Counted from the first letter of the stretch, positions 47,852-58,702 are shown. The stretch is DNA of 64,000 nt from an uncultured Candidatus Poseidoniales archaeon (GCA_964389655.1 CAYMED010000008.1:22052-86051); one strand, 5' to 3'. Program-made: numbers and translations. The notes: generated from the letters alone by a model not told the origin.

Positions 47852-48961
47852 TTATGGTATTTCATCGAATTGATATCCATCTTCCCACATCTTTAGACCA
47901 AGCGCGACCTCAAGCTCAAATGGAGTGATAAGTGGCTTTCTATAGCGGACGGAATCATCAATTGCGATACGTGGACATGCAGTGTTGATGAATGCATCCA
48001 CTGGATAAAAGTCAATGAGTTCTGGGCTCACATGATCAAGAGATAGAAGATATCCCTTGCGGGCATGTGTTTCGAGCAATTTCTTCAGAGTGAGTGCCAA
48101 TGTCCTGCGCATTTGGCCGGGCTTTTCACCTATGAGGATTCCAAACGAATTTGCGCTTTGAACTGCCATAATGAGCCCAAAACGCTGTCGGAGAATGCGC
48201 TCAACCCGTTCCAAAGAAATTTCGCTTGCAGAACCTGTGTATGGGTCAAGGAGTGCCAATGGCTTGCCAGTATGGAGGACAAGACCTATTGGATGAAAGT
48301 CACCACTGCCAAGAAAGAGATATTGACCAATGCTTGAATCATCGCCAGAATAATTGCATCCTAGAACTTGTCCTGGAAAGGTGAGGCGGTCTCCCCCGAT
48401 TGGAATTATGACTTCAAACCCGGCTTCTTCCAACTGCGCCTTGAAGTTAGGAAGAATATGAAGGTGCTGAATGCTTCCAACTAGGCCAATCTTCGAATCA
48501 CTAAGGGGGGCCCGGCGACCAACAGCATCAAGAAATCTCTCTTTCCCTTCTTTTTCAGAAATGTGAGCATCGAATTGAGCATTTTCTAATCTTGAAATAG
48601 CCAATTCATGGTGTTGATGAAGGATTGGAAGCACGGCGCTTAGTTGAGGTGCCCCATCATAGGTTACTGGGATGAAATGAGTTGGCATTCCCGAGTCAAT
48701 ATTCATCTGACTATGTCCCATATGTGCAACTAATTCTACACCCATCATGCTCATCTTGTCGTGTATTAAGTCACATGCACCATAGCATGGATTTGCAGCA
48801 AGAACAATTTTTGCTCCTGATTTAGATTCAATTTCATCCATCATCTCAAGGGCTTGAATTTTGAGACCCTCAGGTACTTGCAAAGCAACAAGTCGATGGT
48901 CACCTGCTTTGATTCGCTCAACAAGTTGGTCGAGTTGGAAATCGTGGCGAGTCAAATCCAT
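47852..48961 (-). CDS. dph2: Diphthamide biosynthesis enzyme Dph2
   Basis: LQVPEGLK, PCYGACD, GQVLGC, NTACPRIAIDD. Start 48961 avoids overlap with the upstream gene. Confidence 0.95.
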   Translation of the reverse strand: MDLTRHDFQLDQLVERIKAGDHRLVALQVPEGLKIQALEMMDEIESKSGAKIVLAANPCYGACDLIHDKMSMMGVELVAHMGHSQMNIDSGMPTHFIPVTYDGAPQLSAVLPILHQHHELAISRLENAQFDAHISEKEGKERFLDAVGRRAPLSDSKIGLVGSIQHLHILPNFKAQLEEAGFEVIIPIGGDRLTFPGQVLGCNYSGDDSSIGQYLFLGSGDFHPIGLVLHTGKPLALLDPYTGSASEISLERVERILRQRFGLIMAVQSANSFGILIGEKPGQMRRTLALTLKKLLETHARKGYLLSLDHVSPELIDFYPVDAFINTACPRIAIDDSVRYRKPLITPFELEVALGLKMWEDGYQFDEIP

Positions 48962-49004
48962 GTGAACACCATCTCGATTTCGTTGAAGAACACTCGCATG
49001 TAGT

Positions 49005-49583
49005 TCAGAGCGCGCGGATTGATCCATCAGAATCAATTTGAATCCGGATGAGTGGATCTATTTGTAATCCATTTTTTTCAGCCACAAGTTCAATTCCGCT
49101 CCCTTTTGCGACAACAACTATCACAGCATGAACATTGACTTCCATATCCTCTAGCACTTTGAGCAAAGGTACCATTGTTCCGCCTGTAGATATTACATCA
49201 TCGAGTAGGACAATCCGTTCACCTGCTTTGAGATCATTGATGAATAATTCTCCAGATGAATATCCTGTATGCTGATCGAGTGACCGTTCTCCGGGTAGGT
49301 CATATTTTCTTTTGCGAACAACGAGGTATGGAAGTCCGACTTCAAGGGCAACTGCACTGATTAAGGGAAGCGCCATTGCTTCAGCGCCTACAATGACGTC
49401 TATCATGCTCCAATCATCCACTCTCGCTATAATTTCATCTCGGACTTCAGCAAGGAGAGTTGGATCAACTCGCGGTACGCCATCAGTTAGGGGATGAATC
49501 ACATAGGGGTAAGTGTCCTTCATTACGATTGGAGCATCATTGAGACTATCATGTAATCTCTTGAGGCCGCTGGCCTCTTCCAT
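49005..49583 (-). CDS. hpt: Purine (hypoxanthine/guanine or adenine) phosphoribosyltransferase
   Basis: YPYVIHPLTDGVP, EAMALP, RKRKY.LPGE, LLDDVISTGGT PRPP motif. Confidence 0.88.
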   Translation of the reverse strand: MEEASGLKRLHDSLNDAPIVMKDTYPYVIHPLTDGVPRVDPTLLAEVRDEIIARVDDWSMIDVIVGAEAMALPLISAVALEVGLPYLVVRKRKYDLPGERSLDQHTGYSSGELFINDLKAGERIVLLDDVISTGGTMVPLLKVLEDMEVNVHAVIVVVAKGSGIELVAEKNGLQIDPLIRIQIDSDGSIRAL

Positions 49584-49595
49584 ATCCCATTCACC

Positions 49596-50135
49596 TCAGG
49601 CAATGCCCTTGAGCAATTCTTTTCCATCATCGATTCGAATGCGGCATGGAGTTGGGAATTTCATCGATGCTTTACGAAGCGCATCTCTTGCTGCAAGATA
49701 GTGTTCGGGGGATGTCTTTATCGTTACTAATGCCTGATTTGCCTTGACTCGCGCCGCAGTCCCTACATTTTTTCCAAATGATAGTCGCATGCCTTGACTA
49801 ACGCGGTCTGCTCCAGCCCCCGTTGCTTGCTTATTTTCACGCAGAATTTGGTGAGGATAAACGCGAATACGCATCCCATATCCTAGTGCACCTGCTGCTT
49901 TGCGAATTCTAGAATTCGCAGTAACTCGGCCAGATTCCAATGCGGTATGGCGTATTTGGCAAGCTTCTTCAGAATAAAGGGTAATTGCGATCTCAAATTC
50001 ATCCTTTTCATAGGCCTGTTTATTCCCCACTGTGAACTGCATAATGCGGTTATTTGGCACTCCACCAGTATATTCTCTTCGAGTAAATGACTGGGAGCGC
50101 GCGTTGCGATACATACGTCCAGGCTTGCGGGCCAT
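49596..50135 (-). CDS. rpl10e: 50S ribosomal protein L10e (uL16)
   Basis: MARKPGRMYR, QIRHTALES, GADRVSQGMRLSFGK. Confidence 0.97.
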   Translation of the reverse strand: MARKPGRMYRNARSQSFTRREYTGGVPNNRIMQFTVGNKQAYEKDEFEIAITLYSEEACQIRHTALESGRVTANSRIRKAAGALGYGMRIRVYPHQILRENKQATGAGADRVSQGMRLSFGKNVGTAARVKANQALVTIKTSPEHYLAARDALRKASMKFPTPCRIRIDDGKELLKGIA

Positions 50136-50242
50136 GAGAATCGACCGACTCGGCCACCTGCCCTTTCCTTTTCAAAGTCACCGAACGCCTTGATTGGCAC
50201 TTTCTTATCATCAATGGTTGCAGCACATTCATCAACCGGAGC

Positions 50243-51604
50243 ATGGCGTCCCTGTTGAGGCTCATGGGACTCATCGGATCATCCGGTAGCGGCAAGGATG
50301 ACGAACCGCTATCACAGCGGCTGCTCAAATTGTTTTCACAATCACGAGACGACGGTCAATTATGGGTTGCAATTGGATTTGTCTTATCCATGATTTTAGG
50401 TGCTATTTTGATTGGAGGGGGGCGCAATCTTCCAGGATATTCTCATGTAGAGATCTTGGAAGGTGCAGAAATTGTTGACGCAACTTGGAATCCAGAGTAC
50501 AATGGTGGTGAAGGACTCATGATTATTGAAGATGCAGCAACTGGTATACGTTCATTGAAAACACTTGATGGGACAACAGATGTTTCATTTGATGCCAATG
50601 CGACTCCATTAACCATTGCTAATTCAGGGTCTGAAGGATGGATAGTTGGTGGAAAAGAAGGATGGATTGCTGAATGTACTCTTTCAAGTTGTACGACCAT
50701 GAATTTAGCATGGAATGATGATTCAGAAACCCGATCAAATGTCATCGCTTTAGCATCAGGGGGCACAGGTCGTGGAGTTGCATTTACAGTACCAGCGGGA
50801 ATTCAGGTTGCCGGTCAGGCAAATTCTTCGGGTAGTTCAACCAGTGTATCCAGTGGTATTCGATCATTTGGTAGTGGCACAATGTCCAATGCAAGCGCAA
50901 TGGCAATGGAAGGCCTTAACCTCCGCTCAATCGCTGCAGTATCCTCTACTAATGGAATCTACATTGGAATTGGAGATGATGATGACTTGGTCACACCTAC
51001 TGCAGATGGACGTGGTGGAGAAGTTATTGTTAAGATTCGGAACCCTGTTCCTGCAGTACCTCCTTCCATTGAACTTCTCCATTATTCATCTGCTGGTTGG
51101 ACGCATAGCATTGCTGTTCATCCTTCATCCGAGATTCTTGCCGTAGTTGGTAGTACACAATCTGCCTATCTCATCGATCATGAATACAACCTATCATCGA
51201 TTCCGGATGCTTCATCTTCTTCTCTTGCAGTTGACAGCATAGGTGATTTGTGGCTTATGCCTGCAACCGCAGCAGATCAAGTAGGATCTTGGTCGGTTAA
51301 TGATGAAAGTGTCCGTTGGCGCCAGGTTCCATTGACCTCCGTCGTTATTCCACAAGTGGGCTTGGCTACCGATGGCGGAGACCATGTCCGATTCATTGGT
51401 GAATCGACCTCAGGTGGTGATGGCATTCTCACAAAATCGTCAACTAAAGAAATCGTGAGCGCCAATGTTGATTCAACAGCCTCCTCATCGATGGTCCGAA
51501 ACCCAGATGTATTAGGTGATGTATTATTTCTCCTCGTAGCCCTAATTTCGGTCATCGCGATAGGTTGGATCGTTGTTGAAAATTGGGGAAAGAAGAGTTG
51601 GTAG
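50243..51604 (+). CDS. Hypothetical membrane protein: two TMs flanking a beta-propeller-like extracellular region
   Basis: N- and C-terminal TMs; Ser/Gly-rich repeated beta strands with NxS/T sequons. Confidence 0.7.
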   Translation: MASLLRLMGLIGSSGSGKDDEPLSQRLLKLFSQSRDDGQLWVAIGFVLSMILGAILIGGGRNLPGYSHVEILEGAEIVDATWNPEYNGGEGLMIIEDAATGIRSLKTLDGTTDVSFDANATPLTIANSGSEGWIVGGKEGWIAECTLSSCTTMNLAWNDDSETRSNVIALASGGTGRGVAFTVPAGIQVAGQANSSGSSTSVSSGIRSFGSGTMSNASAMAMEGLNLRSIAAVSSTNGIYIGIGDDDDLVTPTADGRGGEVIVKIRNPVPAVPPSIELLHYSSAGWTHSIAVHPSSEILAVVGSTQSAYLIDHEYNLSSIPDASSSSLAVDSIGDLWLMPATAADQVGSWSVNDESVRWRQVPLTSVVIPQVGLATDGGDHVRFIGESTSGGDGILTKSSTKEIVSANVDSTASSSMVRNPDVLGDVLFLLVALISVIAIGWIVVENWGKKSW

Positions 51605-51689
51605 AACTTTCTTATCTTTCGAAGTTCTTTAGGGTCGATTACTTGAACTGAGGCGACTGACTCGAGTGACCTCAGGCGTGGCGTGATCG

Positions 51690-54356
51690 ATGGGCACCGG
51701 GATGATGGACCAGTTTTCTGCGATTAAGGCAGAACACCCAGATACCGTATTGTTCTTTAGAATGGGGGACTTTTATGAGTTATTTCATGACGACGCACGT
51801 ATTGCCTCAGAGGTCTTGGGCCTCACACTGACAACTCGGGATAAAAAATCGGCAGACCCTATTCCAATGGCGGGTTTCCCTTGGCACGCACTTGAAACAC
51901 ATGTGAGAACCATGCTTTCAAGTGGGCGTCGCGTAACTGTTGTTGAACAGGAAAAGGATATCCGTCCTGGACGAAAAATTCTCGAGCGTGTCGTTACTCG
52001 TGTATTTACTCCAGGAAGCATACACGAGTCCTCCCTTATTGGTGAAGATGGTGAAGCAATTCTTCTTGCTATTGTTGTGGACCGCGGTCGTATTGGCTGT
52101 GCCCGCATTGACCTTTCTTGTGGAACTGCAATGCTTTCAGAACACGCGGGGGACTCGCGTTGGGCTACTTTGGCAGATGAGGTTCTAGCTGCACATCCCG
52201 CAGAAATCCTTGTTCCAAGTGCACAAGCGGATCTTGAGGAAATATTAGGCATAGTTGGAATGATTGATGGTTGCATGCTTTCAACCCACGGCGCACGTGT
52301 GGTCCGCGACCCATATGCAGTTATTGAATCCTCAATTAGAGGTCTGAAAATGGATCCACTTGAGATTGACGCCCATCCCATGGCTGCAAAATCCCTAGCA
52401 TTAGTTGCGGATTACATTTCCCACCTTCATCGTGGCCATCCTCTTGAATTGGGAGATGTTCAAATTCAAGGGGTAGATGGAAGAATGCGCATTGACCGAA
52501 CATCTTTGCGTAATCTCGAAATCATTCGTACAACTCTTGGAGAAGAGGAAGGGTCGCTTGCTAAGCGCATTGATCGAACAAAGACCTGGATGGGGAGGCG
52601 GTGTCTCCGAGAATGGCTAGTTCATCCCCTCACCGATTTAGAACAGATTTCTTTCCGTCAAGATGGGATTTCTCACTTCATCCAACATCCTCGACGTCTT
52701 TCTGAGCTACGAGACCTTCTGAAAGGTATGCGAGACCTTGAACGCCTTTCAACCAAGCTTGCCTATGGGCATACCGGCCCGAGAGATATGACTGGTATTG
52801 CAGATGGATTAGAGCGCTTACCGCGCATGCTGGCAGTTTTAGGGAATAATGCGCCTGAAATACTTACGGCCATCCGGCATGACCTTGATGCTCTTGGTGA
52901 ATTATCTGAATTGATCCGAAGTCGGATCGAGGATGATCCATCTCACACAATTGGTGATGGAAATGTCATTCGACACGGCATAGTTCCAGAATTGGATGAC
53001 CTTCGCTCCATGCGCAGCGAGGGGCGTGCTTGGTTTGCAGCTTTTGAAACACGCGAACGAGAACGAATCGGGGTGCCATCTCTTAAAGTGCGTCAAAACC
53101 GGGCATTTGGATGGTTCATTGAAATAACCAAAAAGCACATTGAAAAAGTTCCAGAGGAATATCGTCGCCGACAGACTCTGACCAATGCAGAGCGCTATGT
53201 AACAGAGGAACTTCAAGAGCGTCAAGAAACCCTCCTTTCGGCCGAACAACGGATACGAGACCTTGAGATGGAAAGTTATGACGAGTTGTTGTGCATCTCT
53301 CGTGCATCTAGCCAGACTTTAGCTAGAGCTGGTCGGGAAATTGCACGAGTTGATGCCTTGGCAAGTCTTGCTGAAGTTAGCCGGCATGGCGATTGGTCAA
53401 GGCCGAACCTTGATAATTCATCGAAAATTGACCTTCTTGCAGCAAAGCATCCCGTGCTCGAGGAGAATGGCGATTTTGTGCCAAATGATCTAAAAATGGA
53501 TGGCAAAAAGCGAATTATCCTTATTACAGGACCGAACATGGGTGGTAAATCGACCTATCTTCGCCAAGCAGCATTGATTGTCCTTCTTGCTCAAATTGGA
53601 TCTTATGTACCCGCTAAAAAGGCAAAGATTGGCATTGTTGATGCGATGTACACGAGAATTGGTGCGCATGACGATTTGCGGCGAGGACGCTCTACCTTCA
53701 TGGTGGAAATGCTCGATGTGGCTCATATTCTCCGAAGAGCATCGCCCCGAAGTTTGATTTTGCTGGATGAGATAGGGAGAGGAACATCTACTTTTGATGG
53801 TCTCGCAATTGCATGGTCTGTGCTAGAATGGATTGGTGAGGAGATAGGTGCTCGAACATTGGTAACCACTCATTATCATCAGTTGGTTGGTCTAGAAGGA
53901 CAACTCAAAGGACTTGTGAATCGGCATGTAGAGATTCGAGAAGTGGATGGTGAATTGCGGTTTCTACATTCCGTTTCGGATGGCCCTTGTGACCGATCCT
54001 ACGGGGTTCAAGTTGCTGCATTAGCTGGCCTTTCATCCGCTTTGGTTGATCGAGCTAGTGATCTACTTGACTTCCTTGAAAGGAATGCAGAACGTGCCCG
54101 TGCGGGTGAGAAAAGCGTACCTTCATTGAGGGATTCAGGACAATACTCTTTGTGGTCAGCACCTTCAAAGCCGCGCGAGAAAATTGACCCTAGTGCCCGC
54201 AAAGTCCTTGAGCGCTTAAGAGAAATTGATCCGGATCTCCTCTCGCCACGTGATGCTTTGGATGAAATATTCCTCCTCAGGCGCTTGTTAGATCCTGCAG
54301 CGACCCTCGGTGTTTTAGATCACGAGGCAGATAAAAGTACAGAGGGTATTGCATGA
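51690..54356 (+). CDS. mutS: DNA mismatch repair protein MutS (MutS1)
   Basis: FFRMGDFYELF, TGPNMGGKSTYLRQ, STFMVEM, DEIGRGTSTFDG. Confidence 0.97.
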   Translation: MGTGMMDQFSAIKAEHPDTVLFFRMGDFYELFHDDARIASEVLGLTLTTRDKKSADPIPMAGFPWHALETHVRTMLSSGRRVTVVEQEKDIRPGRKILERVVTRVFTPGSIHESSLIGEDGEAILLAIVVDRGRIGCARIDLSCGTAMLSEHAGDSRWATLADEVLAAHPAEILVPSAQADLEEILGIVGMIDGCMLSTHGARVVRDPYAVIESSIRGLKMDPLEIDAHPMAAKSLALVADYISHLHRGHPLELGDVQIQGVDGRMRIDRTSLRNLEIIRTTLGEEEGSLAKRIDRTKTWMGRRCLREWLVHPLTDLEQISFRQDGISHFIQHPRRLSELRDLLKGMRDLERLSTKLAYGHTGPRDMTGIADGLERLPRMLAVLGNNAPEILTAIRHDLDALGELSELIRSRIEDDPSHTIGDGNVIRHGIVPELDDLRSMRSEGRAWFAAFETRERERIGVPSLKVRQNRAFGWFIEITKKHIEKVPEEYRRRQTLTNAERYVTEELQERQETLLSAEQRIRDLEMESYDELLCISRASSQTLARAGREIARVDALASLAEVSRHGDWSRPNLDNSSKIDLLAAKHPVLEENGDFVPNDLKMDGKKRIILITGPNMGGKSTYLRQAALIVLLAQIGSYVPAKKAKIGIVDAMYTRIGAHDDLRRGRSTFMVEMLDVAHILRRASPRSLILLDEIGRGTSTFDGLAIAWSVLEWIGEEIGARTLVTTHYHQLVGLEGQLKGLVNRHVEIREVDGELRFLHSVSDGPCDRSYGVQVAALAGLSSALVDRASDLLDFLERNAERARAGEKSVPSLRDSGQYSLWSAPSKPREKIDPSARKVLERLREIDPDLLSPRDALDEIFLLRRLLDPAATLGVLDHEADKSTEGIA

Positions 54357-56284
54357 CTCGCATGATTCGCCCCCTCTCGGATGAACTCATAGGACACATT
54401 GCCGCTGGAGAAGTTGTCGAACGGCCTGCACAAGTGATCAAAGAACTCATAGAGAATTCAATTGATGCAGGTTCTAGCAGAATTGAGGTGCGGATAGAGG
54501 GTGGAGGCTTCCAATCAATTGATGTTGTTGATGACGGTGAAGGCATTCCTGCAGGAGAGTTGCCTCTTGCACTGACCCGTCATGCAACGAGCAAATTGAG
54601 GACAATTGGTGACTTGGGGTCGATTGAGACCAAAGGATTTCGTGGAGAAGCTCTAGCATCAATTGGCATGGTATCTGATCTGATGTTGTCCAGTCGAACA
54701 TCAGATGCGTCAGGACACCGTCTCTCAATGCGACATGGCCGCCAAGGAATCGTAGAACCAGCAGGAATGGCCCCTGGGACGCATTTGTATGTTCGGTCAC
54801 TATTCTCAAATGTCCCTGCGCGTAAGGCCTTTCAGGCACGTCCTTCTACTGAAGTGTCTCGAATAGTAGATGTTGTCGTTGCACAGGCCATGGCCCATTT
54901 TGGGATTGGCTTTCGCCTGATATCTGATGGACGTAACCTGTTAGATGCCCCACGCACCTCAAAGGTTGAGGAGCGCCTGCATGATCTTCTTGGTGATATA
55001 TCGGACCGTCTTGTTGAACTTGTGTTACCTGAAACCGATGATGAAGCACCAGGTGACGAGCAATGGTCAGGGTGGATTTCAATCCCTGAAGTAAATCGAG
55101 CACGTGCAGATGAGATACACATCTTAGTCAATGATCGCCCTGTTGCGGCTCAGCCCTTTCTCACGGCAATACGCCGTGGATACCGAACACGCTTAATGGT
55201 GGGAAGGTCTCCAATTGCCGTTCTCAATCTTCAACTTCCTCCAGGTGACGTTGATGTAAATGTTCATCCAACTAAACGGGAGGTTCGCCTCCGTAATGCA
55301 TGGCGCGTACTTGAGCGCCTTGAACGAGCTATTTCTCATACGCTTGAGTCTCACCCAACACGAACTGTTGCATTTGATGAAATTCTTTCGGGTGTTGAAA
55401 ACCAAGCCCGCTTACCATTTTCATCACCTAAAGATCCTGTTTTGATGCCTCCTTGGGCTAAAGTGGCTGAACAGCGTTTGGCTTCAGATCAAGACGCTGT
55501 TGCTCGAGGTGATGTACCTCCTCCAGTTATGCCAGCGCCTTCGCGTGTAACTCCTCCTAGCCCAGTTGTAAGTTCATTTGTTGGGGAGCAAACGACTCTT
55601 CCTGGTGCGCCAACTCGCGTTATGTCACCTGCCCTTTCTGCCGAAGAGCGGGACCTTGAGAGACAAGGGCGCTTGGAAAGAAAACCCCTTGTTCATGATC
55701 TAGAGGTAATGCCAGAACTTGAGCCAATAGGTCAGTTTTCCCAGACCTACATTCTTGCTCAATCAGATGATTCATTTTACATAATTGATCAGCACGCAGC
55801 TCATGAGCGGATTCGGTTTGAGCGACTCCGTGAGGATGGGCATTCTTGGTCTCCGCAGATGCTTATTGACCCAATCCCTCTAACTCTTACTGCTGCGGAA
55901 AAAGCTAGCATTGAGCAAGTAGGAGATATATTGGAAGAATGTGGTTATCTGATTTTTGTTGATGAACAAGAAACGATATTGAAAGCAGTCCCAGAACCAA
56001 TTCTTGGTGACGATGCCGTGCCCCTTCTTCGAGACCTAATTCGCGATTTATCTAGTGATGAGGGTCGCCCGGATGCCATTGAGCGAGAACGCGACCGCCT
56101 CGCATTTTTGTCAGCATGCCGTAAGGCGATCAAAGCAAATGATGAACTCGACCCTGCAAGCCAGCGCCGGCTCCTTCATGACCTTCGGACAATTCCAAAC
56201 CCATGGGCGTGTGTACATGGAAGACCAACAGTCATGCGGATAACAATTGATGACCTTGACCGACACTTTGGCCGGCATGGGTGA
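54353..56284 (+). CDS. mutL: DNA mismatch repair endonuclease MutL
   Basis: IAAGEVVERP, GFRGEALASI, DVNVHPTK, DQHAAHER, ACR, CVHGRP. Confidence 0.97.
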   Translation: MTRMIRPLSDELIGHIAAGEVVERPAQVIKELIENSIDAGSSRIEVRIEGGGFQSIDVVDDGEGIPAGELPLALTRHATSKLRTIGDLGSIETKGFRGEALASIGMVSDLMLSSRTSDASGHRLSMRHGRQGIVEPAGMAPGTHLYVRSLFSNVPARKAFQARPSTEVSRIVDVVVAQAMAHFGIGFRLISDGRNLLDAPRTSKVEERLHDLLGDISDRLVELVLPETDDEAPGDEQWSGWISIPEVNRARADEIHILVNDRPVAAQPFLTAIRRGYRTRLMVGRSPIAVLNLQLPPGDVDVNVHPTKREVRLRNAWRVLERLERAISHTLESHPTRTVAFDEILSGVENQARLPFSSPKDPVLMPPWAKVAEQRLASDQDAVARGDVPPPVMPAPSRVTPPSPVVSSFVGEQTTLPGAPTRVMSPALSAEERDLERQGRLERKPLVHDLEVMPELEPIGQFSQTYILAQSDDSFYIIDQHAAHERIRFERLREDGHSWSPQMLIDPIPLTLTAAEKASIEQVGDILEECGYLIFVDEQETILKAVPEPILGDDAVPLLRDLIRDLSSDEGRPDAIERERDRLAFLSACRKAIKANDELDPASQRRLLHDLRTIPNPWACVHGRPTVMRITIDDLDRHFGRHG

Positions 56285-56293
56285 TTTTCGAAA

Positions 56294-57322
56294 TTACGTC
56301 CAGTATGGATTTCGCGATAGGTTTGCTTCTCTGATGAGTTCATTGAGGGCGACTTTACGTTCACTTTCTTCTTTTTGGAATATAGGCGCTATGTTCAGAT
56401 TGTAATCATCAGTTAAGAGACAAGATTTTAGCATTCCATCACTAGTTACTCGTAACCTAGTACACCCCATGCAGAATTCTTTGTTCCTCCATGGTCGAAC
56501 AACTTCAATTGTTATTCGTCGCTGATCTAAATCGGGGTTTGAAAAAATACGCTCAAGTGATCCGTTACTAAATTGAATTGGTAGAATCTGGTGTTGGAGT
56601 GATGTTCGATCGATCAGAAACCTCCAACGTGCGTGCATTTTTCTTTGTTCAGATCGTATCGCACATTTCCGCAATGCATCTTCAAAACCCTTGAGACTGA
56701 TGTACATCATTTGGAAGAATACCTGCTTTTCCCCCTCTCGGTCAGTCTCTAATTCGATAACTTGCAAATCAACACCCTCTTCAAAGGCAAAAAGGAGAGT
56801 ATCTCCAAGTGCATCAAAGGTTGGACCCTGCATAATTACAACGTTTGCCTTAATTTTTCCGATTCCCGCCTCCCGTGCAGCTCGCAAGCCTCGAATTGCA
56901 TCTTGCAAGCGATCCCGTTGAGTTACTTCCGCATATGTTGAATGGTCAAGACTATGTAAACTGACATTGACTCTATCCAGCCCGGCTTCCTTTAACTCAG
57001 AAGCTAGATCAGGAAGAAGTAACCCGTTTGTAGTCATAGATACGTCTTCGAATATCTTCGCAGCATCCGCAATAATTTGAACAACATCGTGCCGAATTGT
57101 AGGTTCACCTCCACTAAATTTGATGGCGCGGACACCTAGACTTGCAGCTTCATGAAATATCATGCATAATGTCTCTCGATCGACTTGTTCGGCACCAAGG
57201 TCCTGGCCTTCGTTGTGACAGAATACACAGGCTAGGTTACACCGTTTTGTTAAGGAGACTCGTAGGTTACTAAGTTCTCGCCCGTGAGCATCGACCAGCA
57301 TCTTGACCATCCTAAATGACAT
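56294..57322 (-). CDS. moaA: GTP 3',8-cyclase MoaA-type radical SAM enzyme
   Basis: LRVSLTKRCNLACVFCH.EG, SGGEP, RVNVSLHSL, FCMGCTRLRVTSDGMLKSCL. Start could be 57322, 57310 or 57301. Confidence 0.88.
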   Translation of the reverse strand: MSFRMVKMLVDAHGRELSNLRVSLTKRCNLACVFCHNEGQDLGAEQVDRETLCMIFHEAASLGVRAIKFSGGEPTIRHDVVQIIADAAKIFEDVSMTTNGLLLPDLASELKEAGLDRVNVSLHSLDHSTYAEVTQRDRLQDAIRGLRAAREAGIGKIKANVVIMQGPTFDALGDTLLFAFEEGVDLQVIELETDREGEKQVFFQMMYISLKGFEDALRKCAIRSEQRKMHARWRFLIDRTSLQHQILPIQFSNGSLERIFSNPDLDQRRITIEVVRPWRNKEFCMGCTRLRVTSDGMLKSCLLTDDYNLNIAPIFQKEESERKVALNELIREANLSRNPYWT

Positions 57323-57356
57323 GTCGCTTAGGTTTGAAACCTCGTTTGGGAAACGT

Positions 57357-57878
57357 TCACGAAGTGGCCGCAGTGTTGGGGGCGGGCAATGTGATTGAGG
57401 CTACTTTGGAATTCGACCCATGATCAAATAAAGTAAAGCGCCATGTTCCATTTTGAGTTCCTGAAAGACTAGTGTCTATGACAAAATAATCTCCTATATT
57501 CACTGAATATGCTCCATCCAAGTCATGATATGCTACAGGCACATCAACCGTGCCATATACAGCGGGGTCATTTGCACGTCCAGCAAGTGCTACTGAATCA
57601 AGGGGGGCATCAATTGGGATTACCTGCCATTCGAGCATTATTGGGGCAATTGCGGTATCAAGATCTACGACACGTACAACTTGAAATCCATCTGACACTG
57701 CCCGTGCAGATAGCCGCCCTGTGATGGGCTGTTTCTCGATTCCAGTGAATTGGTCAGCAATGACAAGGAAAACCATACTGGAAAGTGAAACCGTAATGGC
57801 GAGAAGCAAGACCGTCGCGATAACAGGGCTGACTGCGGACACGTCATCCTGTTTGCCAATTCTCTGATGGCTTTGCAT
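57357..57878 (-). CDS. Archaeal type IV pilin (DUF1628-like N-terminus)
   Basis: Class III signal peptide ..DDVSA/VSPVIATVLLLAITVSLS; GAGGGGA RBS before ATG 57878. Confidence 0.88.
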   Translation of the reverse strand: MQSHQRIGKQDDVSAVSPVIATVLLLAITVSLSSMVFLVIADQFTGIEKQPITGRLSARAVSDGFQVVRVVDLDTAIAPIMLEWQVIPIDAPLDSVALAGRANDPAVYGTVDVPVAYHDLDGAYSVNIGDYFVIDTSLSGTQNGTWRFTLFDHGSNSKVASITLPAPNTAATS

Positions 57879-57889
57879 GATTTTTCCCC

Positions 57890-58699
57890 TCAACTAATAC
57901 GTTCAACAGTCTCTGGCGTAATGCCTTCTTCACCAGTGACTCGGAAACTAATGACTGCCATATTTTCGGGCGAATTCCGAAATCTCCGAATCGTCAAGCG
58001 CGTTTCGAATTCACTTCCCATGCGCACGACGTCGAATTCAAAGACAACATCTGCTAGGGCTGAAAGTGAACGCTCAGTTGAAACATCAACGATCCCGGAA
58101 GATAAGTTCATCAACAATAGTCCCCGACTTTTTTGAACATGTGTCTGCATTAATCGCACCATTGAGAGCACACGGCTAGGCTCATATCGCTGAAAGAAGA
58201 AGTCAAGAGAATCAATGGCTACTCGGAAATAATCCTTTAGGTTTGTGATGGAAGTTGTCATGTCAATCAACCAATCTTTTGTCCCCGATTCTACAAACCT
58301 CGTTCGAGCAAGGCGCTGTATGTCAGGGACACTAAAACCTTCAAGCCGTAAACGACTTGCAGCAAGGTCTCGTTGCAGAATTTCCATGTTGTATTCATGT
58401 CCAATAGGGCGCAGGCCGAGATCGCTTGGCCATCCATATTTTTGAAAAACTTGCAGAATTTCATCCTCTTTCTCATTGGTTGAAATGTAAATTGTTTTTT
58501 CAGGATCTTCGACAGGTGATGAGAATTGCTTTGAGAATAAATCCATTCCTGCTCCTGCATCTCCTATGGCTAGGATTGTAAATCCGCGAGGAATACCTCC
58601 ACCTAGCAAACGATCAAATTTTGGAATTCCTATGGAGCCGTGAGTTCCATAGAATTCCTCGTCTTCCGGGTCAAATCTATGTCCATCATCCATATGCAT
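57890..58699 (-). CDS. KaiC/RecA-superfamily ATPase with degenerate Walker A
   Basis: GIPKFDRLLGGGIPRG, GDAGAGMD (no Lys), IDSL, LADVV, IRRFRN, GITPET. Confidence 0.85.
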   Translation of the reverse strand: MHMDDGHRFDPEDEEFYGTHGSIGIPKFDRLLGGGIPRGFTILAIGDAGAGMDLFSKQFSSPVEDPEKTIYISTNEKEDEILQVFQKYGWPSDLGLRPIGHEYNMEILQRDLAASRLRLEGFSVPDIQRLARTRFVESGTKDWLIDMTTSITNLKDYFRVAIDSLDFFFQRYEPSRVLSMVRLMQTHVQKSRGLLLMNLSSGIVDVSTERSLSALADVVFEFDVVRMGSEFETRLTIRRFRNSPENMAVISFRVTGEEGITPETVERIS

Positions 58700-58702
58700 C
58701 CC

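Noticed and set aside
51648-51675. Inverted repeat before mutS (CTGAGG..CCTCAG) and TGCGA..TCGCA before rpa (1458-1476) as a shared DNA-damage operator
   Set aside because: The two share no sequence, and stems this short arise by chance.
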